Source: Lachnospirales bacterium (GTDB taxonomy: Bacteria > Bacillota > Clostridia > Lachnospirales > CAMZNU01). From it: a stretch of 64,000 nucleotides of DNA. Shown here piece by piece: positions 9,926 to 19,453 of the stretch. The first letter of the stretch is position 1, and each line of letters begins with the position of its first letter. The position numbers and the translations under genes are program-made. Where the stretch lies: positions 1 to 64,000 of the forward strand of contig JBKECF010000014.1 in assembly GCA_047974375.1 (NCBI GenBank), in the 5' to 3' direction. Under the pieces are notes generated by a model. The model searched no databases. It was not told where the DNA came from and was given only the letters and a program-made list of their open reading frames with translations.

Positions 9926-11608
9926 CTAATTTGAAAATGCTGATTCATCATATGCTACTTGTAACAATTCAATATACCTATCTAAACCTACAGAATTTAA
10001 TTGAGATAGATAATTTTCCCAACCATCATCAATATTAATATCACCAGTAATAAATCTAACCAAAGCATCATTTTGATAGTCCATAACATTTGTTTTTACC
10101 AATGCCATTTCTTCAGCTGCATCAAGGCTTTGATACAAGTCAGGTAGCACTGATTCAAGAGGTTGTTTTACTTTTTCATGGTCTAGTGAGGATTTATACA
10201 TTAAAACCTGTCGTCCCGCAAGAGGCTTAACATCATCGCTGTATGGGTCTTGATTAGTTGTGGATGACACTGTATCTTTCGGGAGGCGCACTAGGCCTGA
10301 TAGCTGGTTCCAAGTTTGTCCTGTTGTATCAGAACCGGGAATCGAAGTTAATTCTGCTTGTAAACCATCTAGACCTAGTTCGCCTTCATTAGCTTTTCGC
10401 CAGTGTGTGCCCTCGATACCTGCAGCTGTTCGCAGCATTCCTTCATGTGTTGCTAATCCATCTATTAATCTAAATGCAGCCTCTGGATATCTTGAAGCAG
10501 AGGAAATAAATGTCATACCTGTTTGGTACATTGCATAAGGTGACCAAGCAGATATAGCAGTTCCGTCATTTCCTTCTAAAGGAGGAATTGATTGGTATTG
10601 TTCCCATTTTTTACTATTTGGTTCTGACGTAAGGTCGGCAGCATACCCTGGCCTTTGAGCTAAAAAAGCTCCTATTACTGTATAATCGCCGTTTTCATTA
10701 ATATTTACTTGATTATTTTTATCTTGAGTAAAGGATTCTGGATTAATTAATCCTTCTTTATATTTGTCTTGTGTAGGAGCAAAAATTATTTTACCATTAT
10801 CCACATATAGTTTATTAACTTCAGGTGTCAATTGAAATGGATTCATTAAAAAACCATCTATTTGTGTACCTGCTCCAGAAATAACTGTTGATAATGGAAT
10901 TTCATCATTAACATCTCCATTGCCATTGGCATCTTTTTCTTTGAACGCTTTCATTACTTCGTAAAATTCATCAATTGTTTTGGGGATTTCAAGTTCTAAA
11001 TTATTTAACCACTTAGTATTTAACCAAAGCTTATTGTTAAATTGTACATGGAGAGAACCGTCTACATTAGGCATATTATAAATATTACCGTCAGGAGTTG
11101 TTATATATTCACGCATGCCATCAAGTTCTTCAAAGGCTCGTTTATACCCGACACTAATTGTATCGTAATATTCATTTAAAGGGAGAATTAACCCCTGTGC
11201 ACCTAAAAGAGCTTCGCTAGATTTATCTAATCTAGAATTTTTACTTACACCAGTCATTATTATGTCTGTAACGTCACCAGAAGCAAACATCAAATTCATT
11301 TTACTTTTTATATCAGCATTGGGTGCAATCTGCCATTGAATTTTTATACCAGTTTTTTCTTCTAGTTCAATAGTTTGAGCATTTTCAGAACGATTATTTT
11401 CTCCATCATCTGGAGCAAATATAGATAGTGTTATTTCTTCGTTTACAATAGGCATTGAACCAGGTTCTGAATATAATTGTGATGTATTTACATCTTTATC
11501 ATTAGTGGATATATTATTATTTTCCCTAGTAGTACATCCATAGAATGTGGATGTTATTATTATAATAACTATAGCTAATGATGTCTTTAGGTTTCTTTTT
11601 TCTTTCAT
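9926..11608 (-). CDS. Extracellular solute-binding lipoprotein of a sugar ABC transporter (LplA/YesO-like, large SBP)
   Basis: The start was trimmed to the ATG at 11608 (MKEKRNLKTSLAIVIIIITSTFYGC, a lipobox), preceded by an AGGAGGA RBS. The tracked ORF runs 41 codons further into the repeat element. Confidence 0.8.
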   Translation of the reverse strand: MKEKRNLKTSLAIVIIIITSTFYGCTTRENNNISTNDKDVNTSQLYSEPGSMPIVNEEITLSIFAPDDGENNRSENAQTIELEEKTGIKIQWQIAPNADIKSKMNLMFASGDVTDIIMTGVSKNSRLDKSSEALLGAQGLILPLNEYYDTISVGYKRAFEELDGMREYITTPDGNIYNMPNVDGSLHVQFNNKLWLNTKWLNNLELEIPKTIDEFYEVMKAFKEKDANGNGDVNDEIPLSTVISGAGTQIDGFLMNPFQLTPEVNKLYVDNGKIIFAPTQDKYKEGLINPESFTQDKNNQVNINENGDYTVIGAFLAQRPGYAADLTSEPNSKKWEQYQSIPPLEGNDGTAISAWSPYAMYQTGMTFISSASRYPEAAFRLIDGLATHEGMLRTAAGIEGTHWRKANEGELGLDGLQAELTSIPGSDTTGQTWNQLSGLVRLPKDTVSSTTNQDPYSDDVKPLAGRQVLMYKSSLDHEKVKQPLESVLPDLYQSLDAAEEMALVKTNVMDYQNDALVRFITGDINIDDGWENYLSQLNSVGLDRYIELLQVAYDESAFSN

Positions 11609-11647
11609 AATGTCCTCCTTGTTTAAATAGTGGTATGTTTTATCGGT

Positions 11648-11915
11648 AAGAATTAGACTCATACCTTCAATGCTGGCATCTAAATTTTGCTTTAGGCAAA
11701 ACCAAACACTGTGAGTTTGGCAGCTGTTCATTGCTGTTTTACTCTGAATTTTTGTTTCACAAAAACCAAATGCTACGCATTTGTCTGATCGGAAGTTACA
11801 CTTCCTGCTCGACTATGCAACCAAGTCTGGTCGGAAGTTACACTTTCTGTTCGACTATGCAACCAAATTCGTCGCTCAGTTGGGGTACAGGCCTCCACTG
11901 ACGGATAGGCCTATT
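11648..11915. repeat. Copy A of a two-copy hairpin-rich ~270-bp element (contains a ~42-bp internal tandem duplication, 11789-11872)
   Basis: About 95% identical over a 125-nt core to 28501-28774. The core is a chain of six short perfect inverted repeats (ttttgc/gcaaaa, ccaaaca/tgtttgg, cagc/gctg, tttttgt/acaaaaa, aaatgc/gcattt, ggaagt/acttcc). Confidence 0.8.
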
Positions 11916-12165
11916 AACTTGTAGTTTAAAATTAAATGTTAATAATAATAACAACAAGGCACAATGAGTAAGGTATAGTTCTTTTCAGTACAAAAGACTA
12001 GGTGCATTTTATGTCATAGGTACAATATCTGTGGTTAGTATGCCGAAATATAATTTTAGTATATAATGTTGCTATGACACAGAACGCAAATTATAGTGTA
12101 TAGCCACAAAAAAATTAGTTTTTTAGAAATAAAATAAAGACAACTGATATTTACTGAGGTGAAAA

Positions 12166-14418
12166 ATGAAAAAAAGAAAATTTAAGTTTAAAAAGATATT
12201 TACGAATTTTTTAACATCCTACATTGTATTATTAATTGTACCAATTATTTTTATGTTTTTTTTATATAACGATACTGTAAAATTAAACACAAGAAGCACT
12301 ATAGATACTAAAATGGACATGCTTATACAAAGCAGTAATGAATTTGATAGTTTAATTAGCCAATTAGATGATATATCTATAGAACTAAATGACAGTTACA
12401 ATGTTAAATCTTTAGTATATATAGACAGTCCCAAGGCTGGTGATGAACATGTATACGACTTTTATTCTTTTAAGAGGTGGTTAACTAACAAATTATCTTT
12501 TTTACATAAAAATTTAGATTATTATGTTATGTTTAAAAAAAGCCAATCTATTTTTACATATAGTAGTATAAGTTATGGTTTTGAATTTAATTTTAATTCA
12601 TCAAGAAAATACAAAAAAACATCATATAAAGAATGGTATGATGAAAGTTTTAAAACAAGTAGTAGAAATTTTATTGAGCTACAGGAAATTGAGTTTGATA
12701 ATTATAATGAGAAATGTATTACATATAATTATCCTTTAAAATCGGCATATAATAACACAATTGGAGCTATTCAATTTATTATTAATAATAAATATTTAAA
12801 CAGAGTATTTGGTGGAATCGTAGACGACAACAACGGCTCGGTGTATATATTAAATGAGGATAAAAGTTTAATCGGCCAAATTGGCACAAATAATTATCAA
12901 TACATTAATTTTAATAAAGTAAATAATAATAATGGTCACTATTATACAAAAATAAACGGAATAAAAAATATTGCTATTTATTCAAAAAGTTCAAGTAAGG
13001 AACTGATTTATCTTATAACTATACCTGAACACGTACTACTTAAGGATGTAAATAAAATTAAATACTGGTCATTTTTTGCTATATTAACTTGTATTTTTCT
13101 AGAATTATTATTTGCATATTACTTAGCAAAAAAATATGCAACACCCTTAAGAAATATAGTTGTAAATTTGAAAAATATTTTTAAAGAGGAAGAAGTGTCG
13201 GATTATGAATATTTGGAAAATGGTGTTTCCAATTTGCTAGATACGAGAGTTAACATGGTTAATTCTTTGCAAAAAGAGGAAGAGAAATTCAGAAGATATT
13301 TTTTGGAAATGATTTTAGAAGGTAAATATAAAAGCGAAGAAGAAATTTATAAAATAGCAAATATAAATAAAATAAACTTGTTATTTACTTACTACGTTGT
13401 TGTTTGTATAAAAACAAAAGATGCAGCAAATTTAAATACTATAGTAGAAAAATATGAAGATGAATTTTTTTATTATGAAATTGATGAAGAAAATTTAATT
13501 TTACTTATATGTTCAAATAAAAGTATTAATTATTTTCAAGAATATTTAATTAATAAACTAGAGGAAATTAATAACACAAATTTTAGAAAAAACGGTGAGT
13601 GCTTAAAAATTGGTGTTGGTAATATTTATAAAGATATAGCAAATGCTTTTTTTTCAAAAAAACAAGCTATTTATTCGGCAAGGTACAGTTTATCAACAAC
13701 AACAGAAATAACAAGATATGAGAAAGTATCTACAGAGGTTCACTATATATATTATCCTCCAGAAATAGAAATTAAATTAATACATTATACGAAATATTAT
13801 GATATTGGGAATATAGAGAAAATATTTACTATTGTTAAGGAAGAAAATATTATTAAACGAAAATTATCTAGAGATTTTGAAAATATATTGTTTTCAAACA
13901 TAGAAGCAACTTTATTTAAAGTTTACGGAGAAGTAACAGCTGACGTGAATATGGATTCTTTAATTCAAAGATTTTATAAAGTTTCCGATTTTTCGGAAAA
14001 AATCAACTTAATAGAAAATGAATTTATAAAAATAGCAACTTATATTAATGATAAAAGACCTAATAACGAGGATGAATTTATAAATAATTGTAAAGAATAT
14101 ATTAAGGAACATTATGAAAATCCTCAATTATGTGTTGCACTAATTGCTGAACATTTTAAGCTTTCAGAATCATATTTTTCTCGTAGCTTTAAAAATAAAA
14201 TGGAAATACCTTTCAGTAATTATTTAGAAGTTATTCGGATGGAAAAAGCTAAAATATTAATAATAGAAAGTAATGAATCTATTGAGAATATAGCAACAAA
14301 AGTAGGGTACAATAGTAGTAGCTCATTTAGAAGAGCCTTTAAAAGAGTTGTAGGACTTTCACCTTCAAAATATAAAATTGAGGAGGATGGCAAAAGCATA
14401 ATGCCTATGAATAAATGA
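12166..14418 (+). CDS. Membrane-bound AraC-family transcriptional regulator (YesS-like)
   Basis: 750 aa with an N-terminal TM, an extracytoplasmic region, a second TM and a C-terminal AraC HTH (SSSSFRRAFKRVVGLSPSKY). Divergent from the sugar ABC operon. Confidence 0.7.
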   Translation: MKKRKFKFKKIFTNFLTSYIVLLIVPIIFMFFLYNDTVKLNTRSTIDTKMDMLIQSSNEFDSLISQLDDISIELNDSYNVKSLVYIDSPKAGDEHVYDFYSFKRWLTNKLSFLHKNLDYYVMFKKSQSIFTYSSISYGFEFNFNSSRKYKKTSYKEWYDESFKTSSRNFIELQEIEFDNYNEKCITYNYPLKSAYNNTIGAIQFIINNKYLNRVFGGIVDDNNGSVYILNEDKSLIGQIGTNNYQYINFNKVNNNNGHYYTKINGIKNIAIYSKSSSKELIYLITIPEHVLLKDVNKIKYWSFFAILTCIFLELLFAYYLAKKYATPLRNIVVNLKNIFKEEEVSDYEYLENGVSNLLDTRVNMVNSLQKEEEKFRRYFLEMILEGKYKSEEEIYKIANINKINLLFTYYVVVCIKTKDAANLNTIVEKYEDEFFYYEIDEENLILLICSNKSINYFQEYLINKLEEINNTNFRKNGECLKIGVGNIYKDIANAFFSKKQAIYSARYSLSTTTEITRYEKVSTEVHYIYYPPEIEIKLIHYTKYYDIGNIEKIFTIVKEENIIKRKLSRDFENILFSNIEATLFKVYGEVTADVNMDSLIQRFYKVSDFSEKINLIENEFIKIATYINDKRPNNEDEFINNCKEYIKEHYENPQLCVALIAEHFKLSESYFSRSFKNKMEIPFSNYLEVIRMEKAKILIIESNESIENIATKVGYNSSSSFRRAFKRVVGLSPSKYKIEEDGKSIMPMNK

Positions 14419-16091
14419 AAAAACTAAAAATTAAACAGCAAATTTTATTTTCTTTGGTATTTATAACATTTTTGTCTGTTACGTTACTAGGACTAATTGT
14501 ATACAATGTATCAAAAAAAACTATGATAAATCACTATATTGCTTCACAAAAACAAAATTTAGAAATATCAAACAATGTTTTAGATATGCAATTAAAAGAG
14601 GTAATTGACAACATAAGAAATGAACTTTTTAATGAAAATTTAATTTCTGTATTAAATTTTCATTACTCATCAAATATTGGTGAATTTTTAATGTCAGATA
14701 AATTTGCTTTACAAAGCTATGTGAAAGGAATAATTGAAGACCATAGTATAGTAGAAGGTATGTCTATTGTTTCAAAAGATGGAAAACGATTTTTTTATTA
14801 TAAAAGCGTGTTAAGTGGTAATTTAAATAAATTTTACTACAATAATGATATATTGAAGGCTCATTGGATAAAAGATACATACAATGCCCAAGGAAGAGAG
14901 GTTTTTTATCCAAATGACATTTTGCAAGACAAAAATGCACCATATTTTTCCATGTCCAAAAAGATAATTAATCCAAATAACCAAAAGTTTTTAGGATATA
15001 TGGTAGTTACCTTTAAAAAAGATATGTTTAAGGATACTTTTGGCAGGAAAAAACTAGCTGAAAGTAAAGACTCTGTGCTAATTTTAAATAATAAAGAAAT
15101 TGTATTTGAAGATAAAAAACTTGATAACATATTGGACTTTATTAATGGCAGTAGAGAGAAGTATATATATTCTTCCTACTATAACGTAACGACAGGCTGG
15201 GAATTATATAATATTATTAGTTTATCTAGTTTAAATGATGAATTAAATAACATAAAAGCAGGAGTTATAATGGCTGCTGTGTTGCTCTTAGTTGTTAGCA
15301 TTATTTTATCTAATATAATAGCGAGTACAATAAACACTCCACTTAAAGAGCTAGAAGTATCTATTGAAAAAATAGGCATTGGTGATCGCCAAATACAAAT
15401 GAATTTCGATAATAGTGAAATAGGATTAATTGGTCAAAAATTTCAAAGTATGGTGCGAACAAACATTGAACTAAAAGAAGATATTTTATCTAAGGAAATA
15501 AATGAAAAAGAAGCTCAATTATTACTATTACATGCACAAATCAACTCGCATTTTTTATATAATACTTTAGATTCAATATATTGTATGGCTATAATAGATG
15601 ACAATAATGACATTGCTAATATGGTTGAGGCATTAGCTAATGTATTTAGATTTAGTTTAAATAAAGGTGAAAAAGAAATTTCTATTGCTGATGAAATAGA
15701 TTTTATTAAAAATTATATAAGGATACAAAATATTAGATACAAAAATAGATTTTCTCTTTTAATTAATGTAGATAAAAATTTATATAGCAGAAAAATTATA
15801 AGATTTTTAATACAACCATTTGTGGAAAATGCAATGTACCATGGTCTTGAACCTAAAGTTGGTAAGGGTGAGCTGCATATTATTATAAAACCCTCCAAAG
15901 ACGGTGTAAGTATTACCGTAAAAGATAATGGCGTTGGAGTGGAAAATATAGATGTATTTTATAGCGGTTATGGTGTTAAAAATATTAAAGAAAGATTAGA
16001 ATTATATTATAAAAATAAATACGAACTTACATTTGAAAGTAAAAAAAATGTTGGCACAAAAGTAAATATTGTGATTCCTTTAGAAAGTTGA
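14415..16091 (+). CDS. Sensor histidine kinase, YesM/LytS-like (His_kinase + HATPase_c)
   Basis: Two TM segments flank a sensor domain, followed by a HAQINSHFLYNTL H-box and an ATPase domain (VKDNGVGV). The start overlaps the stop of the upstream gene. Confidence 0.8.
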   Translation: MKKLKIKQQILFSLVFITFLSVTLLGLIVYNVSKKTMINHYIASQKQNLEISNNVLDMQLKEVIDNIRNELFNENLISVLNFHYSSNIGEFLMSDKFALQSYVKGIIEDHSIVEGMSIVSKDGKRFFYYKSVLSGNLNKFYYNNDILKAHWIKDTYNAQGREVFYPNDILQDKNAPYFSMSKKIINPNNQKFLGYMVVTFKKDMFKDTFGRKKLAESKDSVLILNNKEIVFEDKKLDNILDFINGSREKYIYSSYYNVTTGWELYNIISLSSLNDELNNIKAGVIMAAVLLLVVSIILSNIIASTINTPLKELEVSIEKIGIGDRQIQMNFDNSEIGLIGQKFQSMVRTNIELKEDILSKEINEKEAQLLLLHAQINSHFLYNTLDSIYCMAIIDDNNDIANMVEALANVFRFSLNKGEKEISIADEIDFIKNYIRIQNIRYKNRFSLLINVDKNLYSRKIIRFLIQPFVENAMYHGLEPKVGKGELHIIIKPSKDGVSITVKDNGVGVENIDVFYSGYGVKNIKERLELYYKNKYELTFESKKNVGTKVNIVIPLES

Positions 16092-16098
16092 ATATAAA

Positions 16099-17142
16099 AT
16101 GAAAAAAATTGTAGTAGTAGATGACGAGTTACTTGTAATTGAAGCAATTGGCAAAATTATAAAGAAAACGGAAGAAGCATATGAAGTTGTAGGCAGTGCA
16201 AATTCAGGCAAGGAGGCTTTGGATGTTATAAAGGAATATAAACCAGATGTGGTTATAACAGATATTCGAATGCCTGGAATTACTGGATTGGATTTAATTA
16301 AAAAAGTTAAATTAATAGACACTAATATACTATTTGTAATAATTAGTGCCTATGAGGAATTTGCCTATGCTAAAGAAGCTATAGAGCTAGGAGTAGTTGA
16401 TTATATAAGCAAACCAATTACAGTAAGCAAATTAAAAAGTGCATTAGAAACTTGTAATAAAAAGTATAAAAACTTGCAAATAAATACGGCGGAAAATTTT
16501 GTTAAAATTCTAAATAAAAAAGCAGAGGAAATTGTAAATTGTATAGATAAAGAGCAACTAATGTTAGTTCCTTTAATAAGTGAAACAGCGGATCTAATTA
16601 GCAAATACACAACAGAGTTAAATATGTATAAAAGTGAGGTATATAAAATTTTATGCCTTTGTACAAGTAAATATTTTGAAAAATATAACATAAATGATTG
16701 TGAAAAAAACTTCCCATCTATATCAAATTTAGACATTTTAAGCAGTGTAAGCGAGGTTAACGAGTATACTTTGGTTTATATAACACGCCTAGCTGGTAAA
16801 GTACAAGCAAGAATTAATGGTATAACTCATATAGTAATTGTAAATATATTAAATGATATAAATGTAAATTACGCCGAGGATATGGGTCTTAATGAATATG
16901 CATTAAAGTATAGTTTAAATCCAAATTACTTAAGTTCACTTTTTAAAGAGGAAGTAGGAGAAACTTTTACAAAGTATGTCACTAAAATTAGAATAGAAAA
17001 AGCTAAAATAATGTTAAAAAAAGGTTATAAAATTGGTAAAGTAAGTACAATGGTAGGGTATATGAACTATAGATATTTCTCGGAGATTTTTAAAAGAGAA
17101 GTGGGAATGAGCCCGAAAGAATATAAAGGCTTGAAAAACTGA
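16099..17142 (+). CDS. Response regulator with AraC-type HTH output (YesN-like)
   Basis: N-terminal receiver (VVDDE ... D ... K) and C-terminal AraC HTH (MNYRYFSEIFKREVGMSPKEY). Confidence 0.85.
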   Translation: MKKIVVVDDELLVIEAIGKIIKKTEEAYEVVGSANSGKEALDVIKEYKPDVVITDIRMPGITGLDLIKKVKLIDTNILFVIISAYEEFAYAKEAIELGVVDYISKPITVSKLKSALETCNKKYKNLQINTAENFVKILNKKAEEIVNCIDKEQLMLVPLISETADLISKYTTELNMYKSEVYKILCLCTSKYFEKYNINDCEKNFPSISNLDILSSVSEVNEYTLVYITRLAGKVQARINGITHIVIVNILNDINVNYAEDMGLNEYALKYSLNPNYLSSLFKEEVGETFTKYVTKIRIEKAKIMLKKGYKIGKVSTMVGYMNYRYFSEIFKREVGMSPKEYKGLKN

Positions 17143-17257
17143 AAATAGCATTTATATTTTAAGTAATTGCAAATTCACTTCTTGCAAAATGCTTCGTTGC
17201 TATTTATGCATATATATGCTAACATAATTGCATATAATAGTTGTGAAAGAAGGAAAA

Positions 17258-17755
17258 ATGTTAACATTAGCAATTGTACTTACAGTTATATATATAATAA
17301 AAGTAATTATTTCATTAGTCGGCTTAGATAGTGATATAGATTTTATAGACTTTGAAGAAATTAGTTTTTTATCCATAAGTCTAGATGGTTTATTAGCGAT
17401 GGCAACTTTTTTCTGTTGGTCCATGGTTCTTACTTCCCAAGGAATTGAAAATACTATTATTGTAGTAGTAATATCAATTATTAATGCATTAGCCTTTGGT
17501 TTTATTTATGGTAAGATTACTGAGTTAATTTTAAGTATAGCTAAACCAGAAGTTAAATATATATTACCGAAAATAGGTGATACATGTAAAGTGGATTATA
17601 CTTTACAAAATGGTGCACAATGTATATTTATTATAGGAAATGAAAGGTACGATTATAAAGTTCATACTAACGATAAAATACAAAGTGGTGATATACTTGA
17701 AGTAACAAGTATATCAGATATACACAACATTTTAGGTAAAAAAACCGAAAATTGA
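17258..17755 (+). CDS. NfeD-like membrane protein (YuaF-like, partner of flotillin)
   Basis: Two TM helices plus a C-terminal OB-fold-like beta domain. It lies immediately upstream of flotillin, as in the yuaF-floT arrangement. Start trimmed to the ATG at 17258 with an AGAAGGA RBS. Confidence 0.55.
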   Translation: MLTLAIVLTVIYIIKVIISLVGLDSDIDFIDFEEISFLSISLDGLLAMATFFCWSMVLTSQGIENTIIVVVISIINALAFGFIYGKITELILSIAKPEVKYILPKIGDTCKVDYTLQNGAQCIFIIGNERYDYKVHTNDKIQSGDILEVTSISDIHNILGKKTEN

Positions 17756-17768
17756 TAGGAGGATTTAT

Positions 17769-19331
17769 ATGTTTACAAATACTTTAATAACAATAGCTGT
17801 AGTGTTCATTTTATGTTTATTAATTATTTTATTAAGTAGATATAAAAAATGTAGAAGTAACGAGTTGCTTGTAGTTTACGGTACATCTAAAGATAAGGCA
17901 GCTAAAGTAATACATGGCGGCGGTGCGTTTATATTGCATGTTATTCAAGGTTACGGTTATATGTCCCTTAAGCCATTAGCAATAAGCATTACCTTATCGT
18001 AAGCTATAGCAAATAATGGTATACCACTTAACGTAAAGTCAAATTTTACTGTTGCTATTGGAAATTCTCCCGAACTACTAAATTCAGCAGCAGTTAAATT
18101 ATTCGGTAGAGAAGAATCGGAAATAATTTCCGATGCAAGAGATGCCATAACTGGACCATTAAGAGCAAGTATAGCGTCAATGACTGTGGAAGATATTATT
18201 AGAAATAGAAATAAATTTTTACAAACAATAAACGAAAATGTCACAGACGACTTGGCTAAATTAGGTTTAGAAATAATTACAACAAATGTAGAACAAATTA
18301 CAGATGATGCAGACTATATTAACAATATGGGTAGAGAGGCAGCATCTCGTGCTCAGGCTGAGGCAGATGTAAAAGTAGCCGAACAAGATAAAATAGGTCA
18401 ATCAGGCGCAGCAGAGCACACAAGAGCAAAGGAAATAAAAGTTGCTCACGAAGCATCCATTATGGAACAAGGTAAACAGGAAGCTCTTAAGGAAAAAGAA
18501 ATTAGAATAGCAGAAATGAATTCTGAAAGAGAAGTAAGAGTAGCAGAAGAAGCATCTAAACAATCTCAAGGTAAACAAAAAGCTATTAATGAGCAAGAAA
18601 TAAGAATTGCAGAAATGAATGCAGAGAAAATATCTATAGAAAATTTAGCTAGAACAAAGGCAGCTACATCTGAAGCTGAGTATCTTACTAAAAAAGCTGA
18701 ATTGGATAAAGCATCGAGAGTTGCTCAAGCAAGAGCTAATAGAGATATTTTAGAGGCTGAAAAGGAAGAAGAACTAGCTAAACTTAGTAAACAACAAATT
18801 GTACAACAAGAAATTGAAAAACAAAAAGCAGTAATAGAAGCTGAAGCAAAAGCAGCAACAGTTATTGCTGAGGCAAGAGCAGAAGCTGAAACCATAGAAC
18901 TTAAAGCGAGAGCAAAGGCCGAGGCTATTGCATTAACAGCAAAAGCACAATCGGAAGCATATAGTAACATGGTTGAATCAGTAGGCGGCAATATAAACGC
19001 GCTTATTGAATTAACTTTAGTTGAACATGCTGAAAAATTAGCTGAGATAAATGGACAAACTATAGCATCACTAAAACCAGACCAAGTTATGATTTGGGGT
19101 GGTGGTGGTGGTGACGGTAATAATGTAAGTGGCTATGTTGATGATATGTTAAAGTCATTGCCTGCTTATAGTGAACTTTGGAAAATGGCTGGCAAAAAAA
19201 TGCCTGATTGGTTAATTAGCGAAAAGGATGAAGAAACAAAAACAGAGGAAATCAAAACTGAAGTAAAAGTTGAAGCACCTGTCGAAGTTCCCATAAAAGA
19301 AATAAGCGAGAAAATAGTAGAAAATGCATAA
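17769..19331 (+). pseudogene. floT: Flotillin (SPFH/band-7, FloT/YuaG-like) interrupted by one in-frame TAA at 18000-18002
   Basis: ORFs 17769-18002 and 18180-19331 are in the same frame. The intervening 18003-18179 translates without a stop into conserved SPFH sequence (AIANNGIPLNVKSNFTVAIGNSPELL...). The C-terminus is Ala/Glu/Lys-rich coiled coil. Confidence 0.7.
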
Positions 19332-19333
19332 AT

Positions 19334-19386
19334 AAAACGGAGCTGTCATGAAATAGATTGATTCTATTTTAGGACAGCTCCGTTTT
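19334..19386. terminator. Bidirectional terminator between the convergent flotillin and exonuclease genes
   Basis: 14-bp perfect inverted repeat aaaacggagctgtc / gacagctccgtttt with A/T runs on both flanks. The loop itself contains the inner inverted repeat aatagat/tctatt. Confidence 0.7.
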
Positions 19387-19453
19387 AATAATATTGGGGT
19401 GTATAGGGATTATTATTTCACTTTTTTATTATTATATCTTTCCTTTGCATTTA

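Noticed and set aside
11609-11731. 5' extensions of the tracked ORFs 9926-11731 and 27614-28561 into the repeat element
   Set aside because: Strong RBS plus ATG giving a lipoprotein signal peptide at 11608 and the conserved DUF368 N-terminus at 28456. The extensions are read-through of non-coding repeat sequence.
17997-18005. Programmed recoding (selenocysteine or readthrough) at the flotillin in-frame stop
   Set aside because: The codon is TAA, not TGA. No SECIS-like hairpin follows it, and TAA terminates other genes in the window. Pseudogene or base-call error is more parsimonious.
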